A DNA stretch of 64,000 nt from Monocercomonoides exilis PA203 (taxonomy: Eukaryota > Protista > Preaxostyla), in contig LSRY02000033.1 in NCBI GenBank assembly GCA_001643675.2, positions 248,001 through 312,000 of the forward strand, read 5' to 3'. The translations under genes were made by a program, and so were the position numbers. The first letter of the stretch is position 1, and every line of letters starts with the position of its first letter. The notes beneath the pieces are model-generated. The model was not told the origin of the DNA. It saw only the letters and a list, made by a program, of their open reading frames with translations, and made no database searches. This document shows, in pieces, positions 39,440 through 51,700 of this stretch.

Positions 39440-42230
39440 GAGCCGCGCATTTTCAAGAGATAATATTAATAACAAAAGCTGCAAAACAGAGTGAGATTAT
39501 TATTTGAATTAAATAAGCGTTGTGCCACAAGACAATTTCAGAAACTGAAAACACGAGAAATCGTGAGATATTTAAACAAAATGAAGATATGATATTTTAT
39601 AGACTTTGAAAAAGAATAAAACTACATTATATTTTGTTTATTTATTAGGAATTAGAACCGCGTATTGAAGCGAGATATGGTTAAGTTAAGAAATCACTTG
39701 AAACCTCAAGAATTAAAAAATGATAGATCCACAAATTACAGAGAGATTATTTTCGAGGAAGAACTAGTTTTCAATTGAAAGATAATTTAAAGGAGTGAAG
39801 CTGTGCATTGTCACAAGATTAAACCATAAAATGAAATTACAAAGTAATATTATAAACATATACAAAATAGAACTGATACAAGCAGACATTGCTGTGAGAT
39901 ACAAATCAAAACAAAGCCATCGAAAAAATGTGTGAATTTGTGAGGAAGAAAAGCCGCGATTTGCCGCGAGATATGGGAAAATTTAGAAATTTCAAGATAT
40001 TACAAGAATTAAAGAAAATATATCCATATATTGCTAAGAGATTATAACAGAGAAAGAATCTCCTTTAATAAAGATATAAATAATTGAAATTAAGATATGC
40101 AGTACCAAGAGATTATTTCGAAGAATGATATAACATTAGAAAGAAAAATTTTTATGCATTCTTGAGTGTGAAAAGAGCCGTAAATTTCAGCGAGATAGGG
40201 ATAAATATAGATTCTGCAAATACTGAAAGAAGATTACAAGGGAAAGGAACAGCGTAGTTCCATGTGATATGGATAAATGCATCATCAAAATAAATACAAA
40301 TATATTTACAAGGATATTTGTGAAGATCAATACACATATTGCAGCGACATTTTAATACAAAGATAATTTAATTACAGTTGTTAAATAATTAAATCAAATT
40401 GAAGCTGAGCATATTCGAACGTAAATAATGAAGTATCAACCTCAGCTAAATAAAGTGATCATGAGAAAAAAGAAAGAACATAAATCCTCGCTTTGCCGCG
40501 AGACCTAGAGAAAAGAGAGAGGAGAGAGAGAAGAGAGAGCCGCGCTTTGCCGCGAGACCCAGAGAAAAGAGAGAGGAGAGAGAGAAGAGAGAGCCGCGCT
40601 TTGCCGCGAGACCTAGAGAAAAGAGAGAGGAGAGAGAGAAGAGAGAGCCGCGCTTTGCCGCGAGACCCAGAGAAAAGAGAGAGGAGAGAGAGAAGAGAGA
40701 GCCGCGCTTTGCCGCGAGACCCAGAGAAAAGAAAGAGGAGAGAGAGAAGAGAGAGCCGCGCTTTGCCGCGAGACCCAGAGAAAAGAGAGAGGAGAGAGAG
40801 AAGAGAGAGCCGCGCTTTGCCGCGAGACCTAGAGAAAAGAGAGAGGAGAGAGAGAAGAGAGAGCCGCGCTTTGCCGCGAGACCCAGAGAAAAGAGAGAGG
40901 AGAGAGAGAAGAGAGAGCCGCGCTTTGCCGCGAGACCCAGAGAAAAGAGAGAGGAGAGAGAGAAGAGAGAGCCGCGCTTTGCCGCGAGACCTAGAGAAAA
41001 GAGAGAGGAGAGAGAGAAGAGAGAGCCGCGCTTTGCCGCGAGACCCAGAGAAAAGAAAGAGGAGAGAGAGAAGAGAGAGCCGCGCTTTGCCGCGAGACCT
41101 AGAGAAAAGAGAGAGGAGAGAGAGAAGAGAGAGCCGCGCTTTGCCGCGAGACCTAGAGAAAAGAGAGAGGAGAGAGAGAAGAGAGAGCCGCGCTTTGCCG
41201 CGAGACCTAGAGAAAAGAGAGAGGAGAGAGAGAAGAGAGAGCCGCGCTTTGCCGCGAGATCATGATTTGATTAGAAGAATGAGGACCCGCGTATTGAAGC
41301 GAGATAGGGATAAGAAGAGAATCAACGAAGAACTGAATGAAGATTAGGGAAAAGATCCGCGCATAGCCGTGAGAAATAGATAAATGCAGCAACAAAATAT
41401 CCACACATTTATATTTCAAGGATATTTGTGAAATAGATACACATATTACAGCGAGATATTAATAGAAGGATAATTCTATCACAACAAAATATATATTATT
41501 GAAATGAAGCTGCGCATATTCGAGAAAGAGTTACAAAGAATCAAACCGAGTTTGATCTAGAGAAATATGAGAAAAGAGAGAGAAGAGAGAACTACACTCA
41601 GCAGCTTGTTCATGAGATGAATGAGAGAAACCGCGTTCAATCGCGAGATCATGAGGGGAGATAGAGCAGAGAACCGCGCTTAGCCGAGAGATGATAATAG
41701 AGATAGAATGCTCAGAAAATCTATTGGCTTTTGCAAAGGATATATAGACAAGCTGTGTTGCGACACAAAATCAAAACTGAAAAGAAAAATATCATTGATA
41801 ATAATTAGAAATGATACGATTCATTTTAAAGAAATTATCACAAATGTGATACCGCGAAATAGAATATGACTGAGAGACATAAGAGAACCGTGTATTATCG
41901 CGAGATTATAGTGGAGTGACAAATTGCTTAATATCGAAAGGGCTGGAAGGAGGAGAAAGCTGAGTTTGCTACGAGATAAGGATAGAGAAAGAAATTGAAA
42001 GAAATGGCGAATTGATAATGCAACAAGAAACAGCGCATAATCAAGAGATAGGTGCAGATATAGCTGCAGAGAAACTTTTCGAGAAAATTGAAGAGGTGAA
42101 ATCCGCGAAGAATCGCGAGGAGAAGATGGAGCATGAGACCGCGGAAGACCGCGAGAGGAGGATACAGTAAGAAGCCGCATAGTGCGGGCGGTAATATATC
42201 AAAGAAGACTCCGCATATCTCAGCTAAAAT
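39440..42230 (+). repeat. Degenerate purine-rich array with recurring CCGCG-N6-(C/A)GCGAGAT-like motif and a ~300-bp higher-order unit
   Basis: Motif copies near 39443, 39658, 39954, 41287, 41631, 41674, 41888, 42103 and 42139; 40290-40430 resembles 41395-41550. Confidence 0.65.
40489..41259 (+). repeat. 54-bp tandem repeat, 14 full copies plus a partial
   Basis: Unit CTTTGCCGCGAGACC(T/C)AGAGAAAAGA(G/A)AGAGGAGAGAGAGAAGAGAGAGCCGCG; translates as PRD(L/P)EKRERRERRESRAL. Confidence 0.97.
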
Positions 42231-42599
42231 GCTGATAGACACACCCAGCCGGACTTAGAAGAAACGGGACGATGCACTTAGAGTGAAGAAAGTCGCAGAG
42301 ACATTTCAAACATTATCACAGAGAAGACTTGATTCAATTTCAGACCCGATTACTCCGGTGCACTGCAGAACTATTTAAAAACTTTCCTCTCTGAGAAGGA
42401 AGAGAGAGAAAGAAATGCAAGAAGATGAGATAGTGCAAGCCCATTTGTCCCTGAGAAACATCGGATTGACCTCTAAAGAGATGAGAAATGAGGACTTGAA
42501 GTAACCCCCAGGAGACGTTATGGGAGTTATAATCTAAGAGAAAATATTCCATGAAAGTTCCTCTTTTTAGCATGGCGAGAATACGTCGGAGCGAAGGAC

Positions 42600-43460
42600 A
42601 TAGGAGCAGCAATATTGAGAAATCAAAAGAGTGAGAGAGATACGTGAAGTGCGCTGCACAAATTTCAACAATTTTAGGACAGAGAAAGAATAGATGAAAC
42701 AGACCCCTCACAGATAAAGATGCCAAATGGATTGTGGCCGAATTTATTGAAACTCTATCCAATACAAACGCTTTGAGTGGAGAGATAAACGGAGCTGAAC
42801 GTGAAGCATTGGAGCCTTTTAACCTTTTCAAAGAAATGAAGACGAATGGGAAAGATATTGACTCAGCACCTAAAACTCACGTTAAAGATAAGCCGAGAAG
42901 GGGAAAACAATATAAATCAATGCAGTAATTTACAATTATAACAAAAGGGGGAAGACACCACATATAACTCAACAGACACGCAAGCACCACAGAGGAGAAC
43001 CCCTATCCTCACAGAAATTTCGTAACGTTGGAGCCAGCTGAGCTGGAGAGATTGAAGGGAGTGCTCCATATTGAAAGACAATACAGCATTAAGGGAAGTG
43101 CAGATAAAGATAACGTAAAGGAAACTATAACAATCGATATTAACAAACATTCAAACGCACTCATCGATTCAGAAGAAACGCTCCAACATTGGTTTTATTT
43201 CACCAGGACAACCTTTTAAGTTGAACATGTGTGGTTAATATAAGAGAAGGTCAGCCTGCAAATATGCAGAGAATAAAAGAAGAGTTTGAAGCTATTCAAA
43301 AAGAGTATGAAATACACGATCCTTTGAGCGTGTTATCGATAAGACATAAAGTTATAATACACATATCAAGATGAAAAGGTTTAGATGGGAAAGCGAGAAA
43401 TACGCACGCAAGAGGGGAGCCAGGGTCAAGAGTGGACCGAAAACTTGAAACATTTATCGA
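42600..43460 (+). pseudogene. Degenerate tyrosine recombinase of the DIRS element
   Basis: Broken frames give RRGKQYKSM, LEPAELERL (RxxEL box, R lost) and LSVLSIRHKVIIHISR*KG...NTHARGEPGSRV (SIRH box). Multiple stops and frameshifts. Confidence 0.62.
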
Positions 43461-44090
43461 GTTCAAGATATGTGATGGATTTTGTTGACAATCGACTTTC
43501 AAGAACCCCCTCGTGGAGAAGAAGAAGAGTTGGATATAAGAAGAGGAAGGAAGGATATGTGAATCGAGAAAGCAAATTCAGAGATGAAAAATTGCACCAA
43601 ATATATATATAAATAAATATCAGAAGCAGGGTGAGAAGAAGATATGACGAAGGAGAAAGCGGTCAAAGAAACGAGATTTATTGTTTAGAGAAGAGAGGAA
43701 GTTAAGGGAAATAATTTGGTCACAGAACTCCTCATCCAGACCACCCTCCCGTCGGAGAACACCCCTCATAATCCCCAGCAGCGGAAGCGAACTGACTGGA
43801 AGCAAACACACTGCCTAACAGAGAAAGAAGGGCACATACCGGAGGAAGCATGGAGTAAGATATCAAGGTTGGACGATAAAGAACTCAAGAGAAACGAATT
43901 CCCGGTCGAGAACGCCTCGGAAACACCCCAAGAAAGGGAGGGAGTAGAGACAGGAGCCGCACCTTCATCCGCAGGCTCTCCAAACATCCGCCGCACGGAC
44001 GTGCTAGGCAGGAGGGTTTAAGATCATTATTGATAAATTTATAAATCGAAAATTTAATAAGAATAAAAATACAACAAAAGGGCTTTCAAG

Positions 44091-44187
44091 ACTCATTATT
44101 GAGGAGCAAACCTGCTCCTTGCGTTTGTAGATTCGCTCCATTGCGAATTGATAAAAACGCAGTGAGACAGGTTTGCTCCGAGATAAT
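44091..44187 (+). repeat. DIRS internal complementary region (ICR)
   Basis: 44091-44149 is the exact reverse complement of 39130-39188 (59 bp); 44147-44187 is the exact reverse complement of 44809-44849 (41 bp); the halves overlap by ATT. Confidence 0.95.
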
Positions 44188-44960
44188 AGGAATGCGGATG
44201 GAGAGACGATACGCGGCTGGGTGCGAAGGGGAGCCAGAAGTGTGTGGTGAGATGAATAGAAAAAAGTGCGAGATAGCAGAGGAAAGAGAAAGATCAACCG
44301 CCCGATGAGATGAGTGTGCACATAGAACCTGGACAGATCGAAGTGGAACGAAGAAACAGTTTTAGGCATAAACCTACTCCTTAAATTGTTGTTGAACATG
44401 TTGTTGAGAGAAGAATTAAATATTTAATATGCAGTGTGTGATGTTTTTGGGTTGCTCTGCTGATGCAGCAGAAGAACGGGAGGCAGAGCACATCACATGC
44501 AGTTTTCTTTTCCACGCCTTGCATAAGCGAGAGTGGTTTTTCTTTCTGCTCCGAACAGAACACTCGCCTCACCTGATCCCTGTACTGACTGCAGGAGAAA
44601 GCTCCGAGGGGCTATGTCCCCTGCCCTCTGGTCTTCGTGACCAAGGCGAAAAGGCGAAGAAGGTGGTGAAGTGAAGCGGACAATTCATAATACACTTTTT
44701 TATTGTTTGAATGTTTTTGTCAATGTTTTCATCTCGCCCTTTTTTCCACGTCGTATTTGGGAGGGCGAAGTTCTCACTTAAACCACCCATAAATCGTGAT
44801 TAATACTCATTATCTCGGAGCAAACCTGTCTCACTGCGTTTTTATCAATAATTGCAAATCTTTCGAAAATACAGAAAAAAATGTGAGTTTCGTATAACAT
44901 ATAAAAAGACTGACAGTCAATAAATATAAATGGAAAGCAAATGAAACACACACACACACT

Positions 44961-44965
44961 GAAAA

Positions 44966-45005
<40 letters not shown>

Positions 45006-45088
45006 AAAAGAAAAAAGAAAAAGAAAAAGAAAAAGAAAAAGAAAAAGAAAAAGAAAAAGAAAAAGAAAAAGAAAAAAAAAGAAAATAA
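44961..45088 (+). repeat. Compound microsatellite (AAAG)n-(GAAAAA)n preceded by (CA)n
   Basis: Seen directly in the sequence. Confidence 0.95.
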
Positions 45089-45700
45089 AAATACGTTTCC
45101 TGAAAAATAGACTTTGCAAGCGGAATTCACAAGATGTTATTGATGAAGATATATTTTTTGCTTTTCAACATCAATTCTATTGATTTTGACGACAAAACAA
45201 TGAAAAGTTTAAAAAAAAGTTGTTATTTCGAAAAATCATCAAATAAATGTTAATTAGAAAAGTTTCAAAACTTTTTTGTTTTTTATTTGATATATTTAAG
45301 TTTTTATATAGCAAATAAAAGGTTGTTTGTGAATTGTTGCTGTATTTTTGAATAATCAAAGAAAAAGTTGCATTAATTCAAAATCGAAATTCTTGATTGT
45401 TACAAAATTTTTGAAATAAAAATTTGTATTTTGGATGAACATCTACGAAGTGCCAAGCCAAAAATCACATATTAATAATAATTCGTTCAACAACATTAAA
45501 AATCGTTCATCTTTTTGAATGATGGGGTAATTTTGAAGCAATTCAACTTTTTTTTGTGTGTGCACTGCAATCATATATCCAAATCCGAAGTGAAATTTTC
45601 GCTCAATAAGACTGAACACTTTACATTCCTATTTTAAAATTCATGAAAAGATGGATCTTGTTGAAGTTAAAAAATAAATAAATAAATAAATTGAAATGAA

Positions 45701-48565
45701 TTATTTTCTTTTTAATTTTGATTCAAAAACAATCGAATCCGTAATTCCGCTGACAGATAAAGTGCATTTCACAGGAAAAGTCAAAGGTGCTTCATCTGCT
45801 GGAGGATATTGCAGCAAAGATGAAGAATCAGTTGGTGAAGTGTTCTGGGAAGGTGCAGAAGAAGCAGAAGCAGAAGACGAAACCGAAGAAGAAGAAGAAG
45901 AAGAAGAAGAAGAAGAAGAAGAAGAAGAAATAGAAAATGAAGACATGTGTGACAGAATAGGAGAATGAGGAGGAGTCGAAAGAAGAAGATCCACATTTTC
46001 AGATGAAAGATCGCAGGAAGAGAAAGAAAATGCCTGTAAATCTTGATTGTTCCCTAACATTTCAATGTTACGCACAACCTTCACATTCTTTTCTTTATGC
46101 TTTTCATTTCCTTCTTCTTTCTCTTCTTCTTTCTCTTCTTCTTCTTCTTCTTCAAAGAACTGAAGAATGCGCTGTTGTTCTGTACTCTTTTCAACAGATA
46201 TTTTCCTTTCTTCATTTTTTTCTTTGGTTCCACTATTTGCTTTTCCCAAACCTATTTTATCTGCTTCTTCTTCATCTTCCTCATTCACCTCATTTCTATG
46301 ATTCACTCCTTCTTTCTCTTGGCGCTTCATCCCTTTTCCTCCTTCTCCTTCTTCTTCTCCTTCTCCTTCTTCTTCTGGATCATCATTAGCCAGCATTCGT
46401 AGTTTGTCCAACCGTTTTCTCTTCTCCGTCTCTTCTTCGTCCTCGCCCACATCAAAATCGCTGTCATCAATCCATTCTTCTTCAATTGCTCTTTCCCATT
46501 CGTTCTCTTCTCCTTTTCTCTCGATTGTTTTATCCACTCCATTTTTATCCTTATTTAATGAACTGCCATTCTCTTCCTCTCCCTCTTGTTTTCTTTCCTT
46601 CTCCTTCTTCTCCTTCCTTTTGCCTCTTCCCCCTTTTCCATCATCTCCCTCAGTCGGAAGAGGATTAGCCGGAGGCGGAAGCTTCTTGTGACGAATCACA
46701 TCGACAAACGCAGTCTGCTCTCCATCCACTTCAACACGACACACAGCATCATCTTTCTCCTTCACTCCTTCTTTACTCCTTTCTTTCTCTCCGTCTTTTG
46801 TCTCTTTTGTCAAGCTTTCATTATTTTCTTCTCCTCTTCCTCTTTCTTCTGGCTTCGTCTTCATCTTCTGCATAATATGATCATCGTCATCGTCATCGTC
46901 ATCATCATCGTCATTCGGATACAAAAATGAGAGATGATCTGTGCGTGCAGAAACAGACGAATAAGAAGAAGTCGGCAAGTCAAATGTCGCTTTCCATTCA
47001 TCATCATCATCTTCTTCTTTTCTTTGCAGTGAAGGCATTTTTTCATCGTCTTCATCATCTTCTGATTTCACCATATTTTTTCCCTTTTGCTCCTCTTCAT
47101 CGTCAGATAAAATTTCCCCATTTTTCAGTCTTTCTTCTCTCTTCTTCTTTCTTTCTTCTTCCTCTTTGGCTTTTCTCTCAGCCTCTGCCAGCTCTCTCAT
47201 CACAACACGCGATCTGCCATCTTCCATAAGCATTCGCATGACTAAGAAGAAAGAAGATTTTCAATGAAAGAAAAACGAAGTTGTTCCATATTTTAATATT
47301 GAATTAGAAAATAGACAAAATGGCTAAATAACGATCTAATAATAACAGCAATGAACCTTCCATGTTTTTCTTTTGCTTCATGCGCTCAACCATCAGCTGC
47401 CTTTTCCTTTCTTCTGTCTCCTTTCTTGCTTTCTCTGCAGGAGTCGATCCAGATGCCCTGATTTTGATGATGAAAATTAATATTTTTTAATAATTAAAAA
47501 CAACAAAATAAAAGCGAATTTTAAAGAATAAATCGAAAAAGCTAATTATCAATTTAACGATAATGCAATAAGCACACCAAGCTTCACAAAGAAGCCTTTC
47601 ATTATCAAACACAGGCCGATCATCCAAATATGTTAGAGATGGAAGTGATGATATAAGCGTCTTTCTAAATTCATAAAGGAAAATCATAAATCAATTGGAA
47701 TACAATAAATTGAATCGATAACGAATACGAAAGATAAATGAATTTTTTTTAAAAAAAAAATGTGAATATGGAAAGCAAACCTCCAACTGAACAAATTAGT
47801 TCTGACTATTCGATTTCCAGAGAGGTTTAACACTCTCAAATCAGGCAGTTGCTTTAATATTTCTAGAAGCCCCAAAGCATCTGCTTCGGGAAGATCATTT
47901 TGAGAGAGATCAAGTACGCTTTTAATAAAATAATGATTAATAACTCAGAAAAAAAGATTTTAAATACCTTATTGATGGGCAATCCAAAAGACCTTTAAGA
48001 TCGTCGATTGATGAAATTCTAAAATAATTTTTGCGACAAAAAATAATTTTCATAACCATTTAAAAAATGCAAACAAATTCTTTGACAAATTCAGTGTGTG
48101 GAGCTTTTTGTTATGAGATATTCCTTCTATTCGTTTGACTCTATTCCCTGAAAGCACAAGAGTGTCCAATTCCAAAAGTGTATCAAGCCCTTCAATAGTT
48201 TCAATGCAATTATCCTGCAAATACCTGAGGAAAATTTTGAACCTCGAAATTGTGAAAGAAAAAAACTGAACAAACAAGCATCTTAACTCAGGGCATGGCT
48301 CCAAATTTTCAATTTTTGATATGCAATTTCCTTGAAGCCAAATAGATTTAAGACCGCTCATTTCGTCCAAATTTTCTATTTTGCTAAAGCCCTGATAATG
48401 CAAATATATTTTGTCGTTCAATTCAAGAGTTTGGAAAAGTTTGTGCTTTGCGCAAAGCTGTTTCAAAGTAAATTTAGTTATTTTTGGGCGCTCATTATCT
48501 TCTATGTCGTACTTTTTATGCAAGACATGAAGCTTCTGTTCAAAATACTCATCGTGAGGAATCAT
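45701..48565 (-). CDS. DNAAF1: Dynein axonemal assembly factor 1 (LRRC50/ODA7)-like LRR protein, multi-exon, acidic tail
   Basis: [33 protein letters not shown]22-type LRRs, and the LRRcap [31 protein letters not shown]. Confidence 0.88.
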
Positions 48566-48744
48566 TAAAAGTTTGTTATGGCTGGAATTAAGATCGAGCA
48601 CGTTTGTGTATCAATATGTTTAATTTCACAGATATCAAATTTTTAATAAAATATCAATGTGAACAAGTGACAATCCCATATTATTTGTATAATTTTTTGT
48701 TTTTTATTTTTTTGTTTTTTGAGGTGTATTTGAGTTTTTAATCA

Positions 48745-51700
48745 ATGGAAGAGGTGCGAGCTCGTTTAAGAAAAACAAAATTTACGAATGCAGAAGATCC
48801 AATAGGTTTTGAGAGATTATTTATTTTTGAATCATTAGATTTTTTTATCTTTTCTGTTATTTCGATAATATGAACTATTTATAAATTTTCATAATTATTA
48901 ATAATTTACAGCAATATCTTCATCATCAGATGAGGATGATGATCAATTGACAGAAATGTTTTCGTTTGATCCCGCTGAAGAAGCAAAGCTTGCGCGTTTC
49001 GCAAGATTAAGGTTCGCTTCAACGCGATTGCGTCAAGCAGAGGATAAAAGATATGCGTATGATAGTGATGATGAACTTACATGGCCTTTCAAGTCTCGAA
49101 CAAAACGAAAATCAAAGCACAAGAAAAAGGCACAAGAATCTGTCGAGCTTTCAGATGAAGAAGCTAAAACAAGCTCAAATGATTTGGAAACTAAAAGCAG
49201 CTCAAAGAAGAATAAAAGTCGCGTTTCTAAAAATGCACTTAGAAAAAAATTGGTAAAAGATGAAACAGAAGAAGAGGAAAGTGAGGAGAAAGATTCTCGA
49301 ATAATTGAATTAACGACAAATGAAGTGTTTACTCAGTCAACGTGTACATATGTTTCTCAAGAACTTAATGCTATTCGAACGGAATTTTTTCAAACAACAA
49401 ATTCAGCGGTTTGCTTTGCGTCTATTTGAGAATTATAAAAATTTGATTATTCTTATCAATATTATTTTCAAAATTTCTGTGTAATTTTATTGTCAACTAT
49501 ATTTCATATCGAAATAAGTCTACAAGCTCAGCACAATCAGAGCTCAATCTTCTGCTTTCTTCGCCTACGGCGTTATCCAACCCGGGTTCTCTTCAGTCTC
49601 TTCTGAAAATGATGAGCATCGAAGTGTGCAACATTCAAAAGAGCAAATATCAATTCATTAATAAATTTCTTTTCTTTTCTTTTCTTTTTTCCTCATGAAC
49701 AATCTTCTAATCTTATATTTATACTCGTCTTCATATTTTAATTCATTGCTTTCCTAATTGAAAATAATTGTCACAATCAAAACCTCGAACATAACAGAAT
49801 TTAGCTGCACGTCGCTGTCTTCTTCTTTCTGTCTTCCTTTCCTCAACTTTGGATCCGCCATCTGCCAAACAGAAAAAGACCCACCACACAACAACAACCC
49901 ACAAACCTTCAGCTTCTCCTGCCTCTCCTCCTTCTTCCTCTCCTTCTTTAGCCAACCAGCTAACCTCCGACAATTCACTTCCTTCCATTTCTCCGTTTTC
50001 TCCGCAGCTCGAATCACAGCTAGCTTCTCTCCACAGCAAGCTTCCTCATTCCCACTCTTCCCTTCCCTTTCGCCCATCAAGACCTGTTCTCCCCTCTCGT
50101 CCGAAACAGCCAGGCTTCTCTTCATTCATTTCATCAGCCACTTTACCAACGCCTTTGTCCTCTCTGACTTCTTCTCCTGCTTCCTCCTCCTCCTCTTCTT
50201 CTTCTTCTTCCTCTGCACTTCAGAACACACCATTGCTTTCAAAGATCACAGAACCCTCTTCTCTTCTCAATCTTTCTTCTTCCTCTTCATCTTCCTCCTC
50301 ATCTTCTTCTTCTTCAGACAATCAACCCAAAAAGAAGCAGCTGAGTGTGACTGAGCAGTTTTTCCAGCTGAACGGCTTTGCCTTCCTCTCAAAATGGCTG
50401 CTGACTAAAAATGGCTTGCTTGTTCTGACAATATTCTCTGTGGTGATGAAGCTGTGGGGATCACTAATATCAAGTGAGAAGAAGAAGAACAGAAAGAAGC
50501 AATTGAAAGAGCAACAACAGCAGCATCAGCAGCAGCAAAAGAAGAAGAATAAGCAACAGCAGCAGAATAGCACAAAAGAAGAGAAAGAAGCAGAAGATGA
50601 GCAGGCGAAGAAGAGACAGCTGCAGCTGCAAAGGAAGAAGAAGTACGAGCTCTCCGAAGACACTCAGCAGAAACAATCGAATTCTCCAGCAGAAAGCGAA
50701 AACAAATCCAAATCCAAAGCCAAGGCCAAAGACGAAGCTGAGGCAGAAGCAATCGCCAAAGCTAAAGGTAAAGCAGATGCTGAAGCCGAAGCCGAATCCG
50801 AAGCCGAGGCCGAAGCCGAAGCACAAGCAGCGGAGCGCTCGAAGAAGATCGACAGCACACTTCTGTCACTGCTGCAGGCGGTGCGGCGGCATCTTTCGTC
50901 AGAAGACGAGCGGGTGAAAGAGACAGTGCCGCGGATGATGAGCTATTTGGAGAGCACATCGATGCATCCAGAGCAGCTTGCGAGGGTTATCATTAAGCCA
51001 GGCGTTGCAGACAGATCGGCACTGATGCAGAAGATGAAGGAAGAGAAAGAGAAGGAGGAGAAGGAGAAGGGTGAGAAGAAGGAGGAGAAAACAGCAGTGG
51101 TTGAAGAGAGGAGCAGAGAAAAAGCAGCAAGTGACGAAACGAAGAGCAGATTTGGAAAAAGAGTGGAAAGAATTGCATCTCCCTCGCAACATCCTTCTTC
51201 TCCTTCTCTTTCTCCTCCTTTTGCTTCTTCTGTTCCGTCTCCTTTCCTTTCCTTTGGCCGTCCAGGTGTATCCCCTTTCTCTTCTACGAACAAAACCACT
51301 TCACCTTTCCCTTCATTTCAGTCAGCTTCTTTTTCCTCTTCTACAACTACTTCTTCTCTTTCTTCTTCTTCTCTTTCTTCTTCTTCTCTTTCTTCTTCTT
51401 CTTCTTCTCTTATGCATCCTCAATCATCCATTTCGCCATCTGCCTCTTCGCTTTCACTCGAAAATCCTTCTGCTTTTGCACCAGGCAATCAGCAGCAGAC
51501 AACAGAGCAGTCAAAACTTAGCAACATTTCTCTATTTCCTTCCTCCAGTTTGTTTTCAGTCACAAAGACTTCTCTTTCGCCTTCACTTTCATCTTCCACA
51601 TCTCCTTCTTCTCCTTCTTCTCCTTCTATTTTCGAGTCCTCATCCAATTCATCCATAGGAAATTTAAGTTCCTCTTCCTCTTCTTCCTCTTCCTCTTCCA

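Larger units (their letters stand above)
39130..44849 (+). mobile_element. DIRS-type tyrosine-recombinase retrotransposon, non-autonomous/degenerate
   Basis: Inverted terminal repeats 39165-39216 and 44777-44828; ICR at 44091-44187 complementary to both termini; AAT at both ends; YR remnant inside. Confidence 0.9.

Noticed and set aside
40489-41259. CRISPR array
   Set aside because: The units are identical tandem copies without unique spacers, there are no cas genes, and the context is eukaryotic.
42240-42560. RNase H end and methyltransferase remnants of the DIRS element (...DDALR, LK*PPG)
   Set aside because: Resemblance is too weak to call without a profile search.
44457-44480. Hammerhead ribozyme core (CTGATG...GAA)
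   Set aside because: Lacks the exact CUGANGA and GAAA core with proper flanking stems.
44778-45183. Phe/Leu- and Lys/Arg-rich ORFs
   Set aside because: Artefacts of the AAAG/GAAAAA microsatellite.
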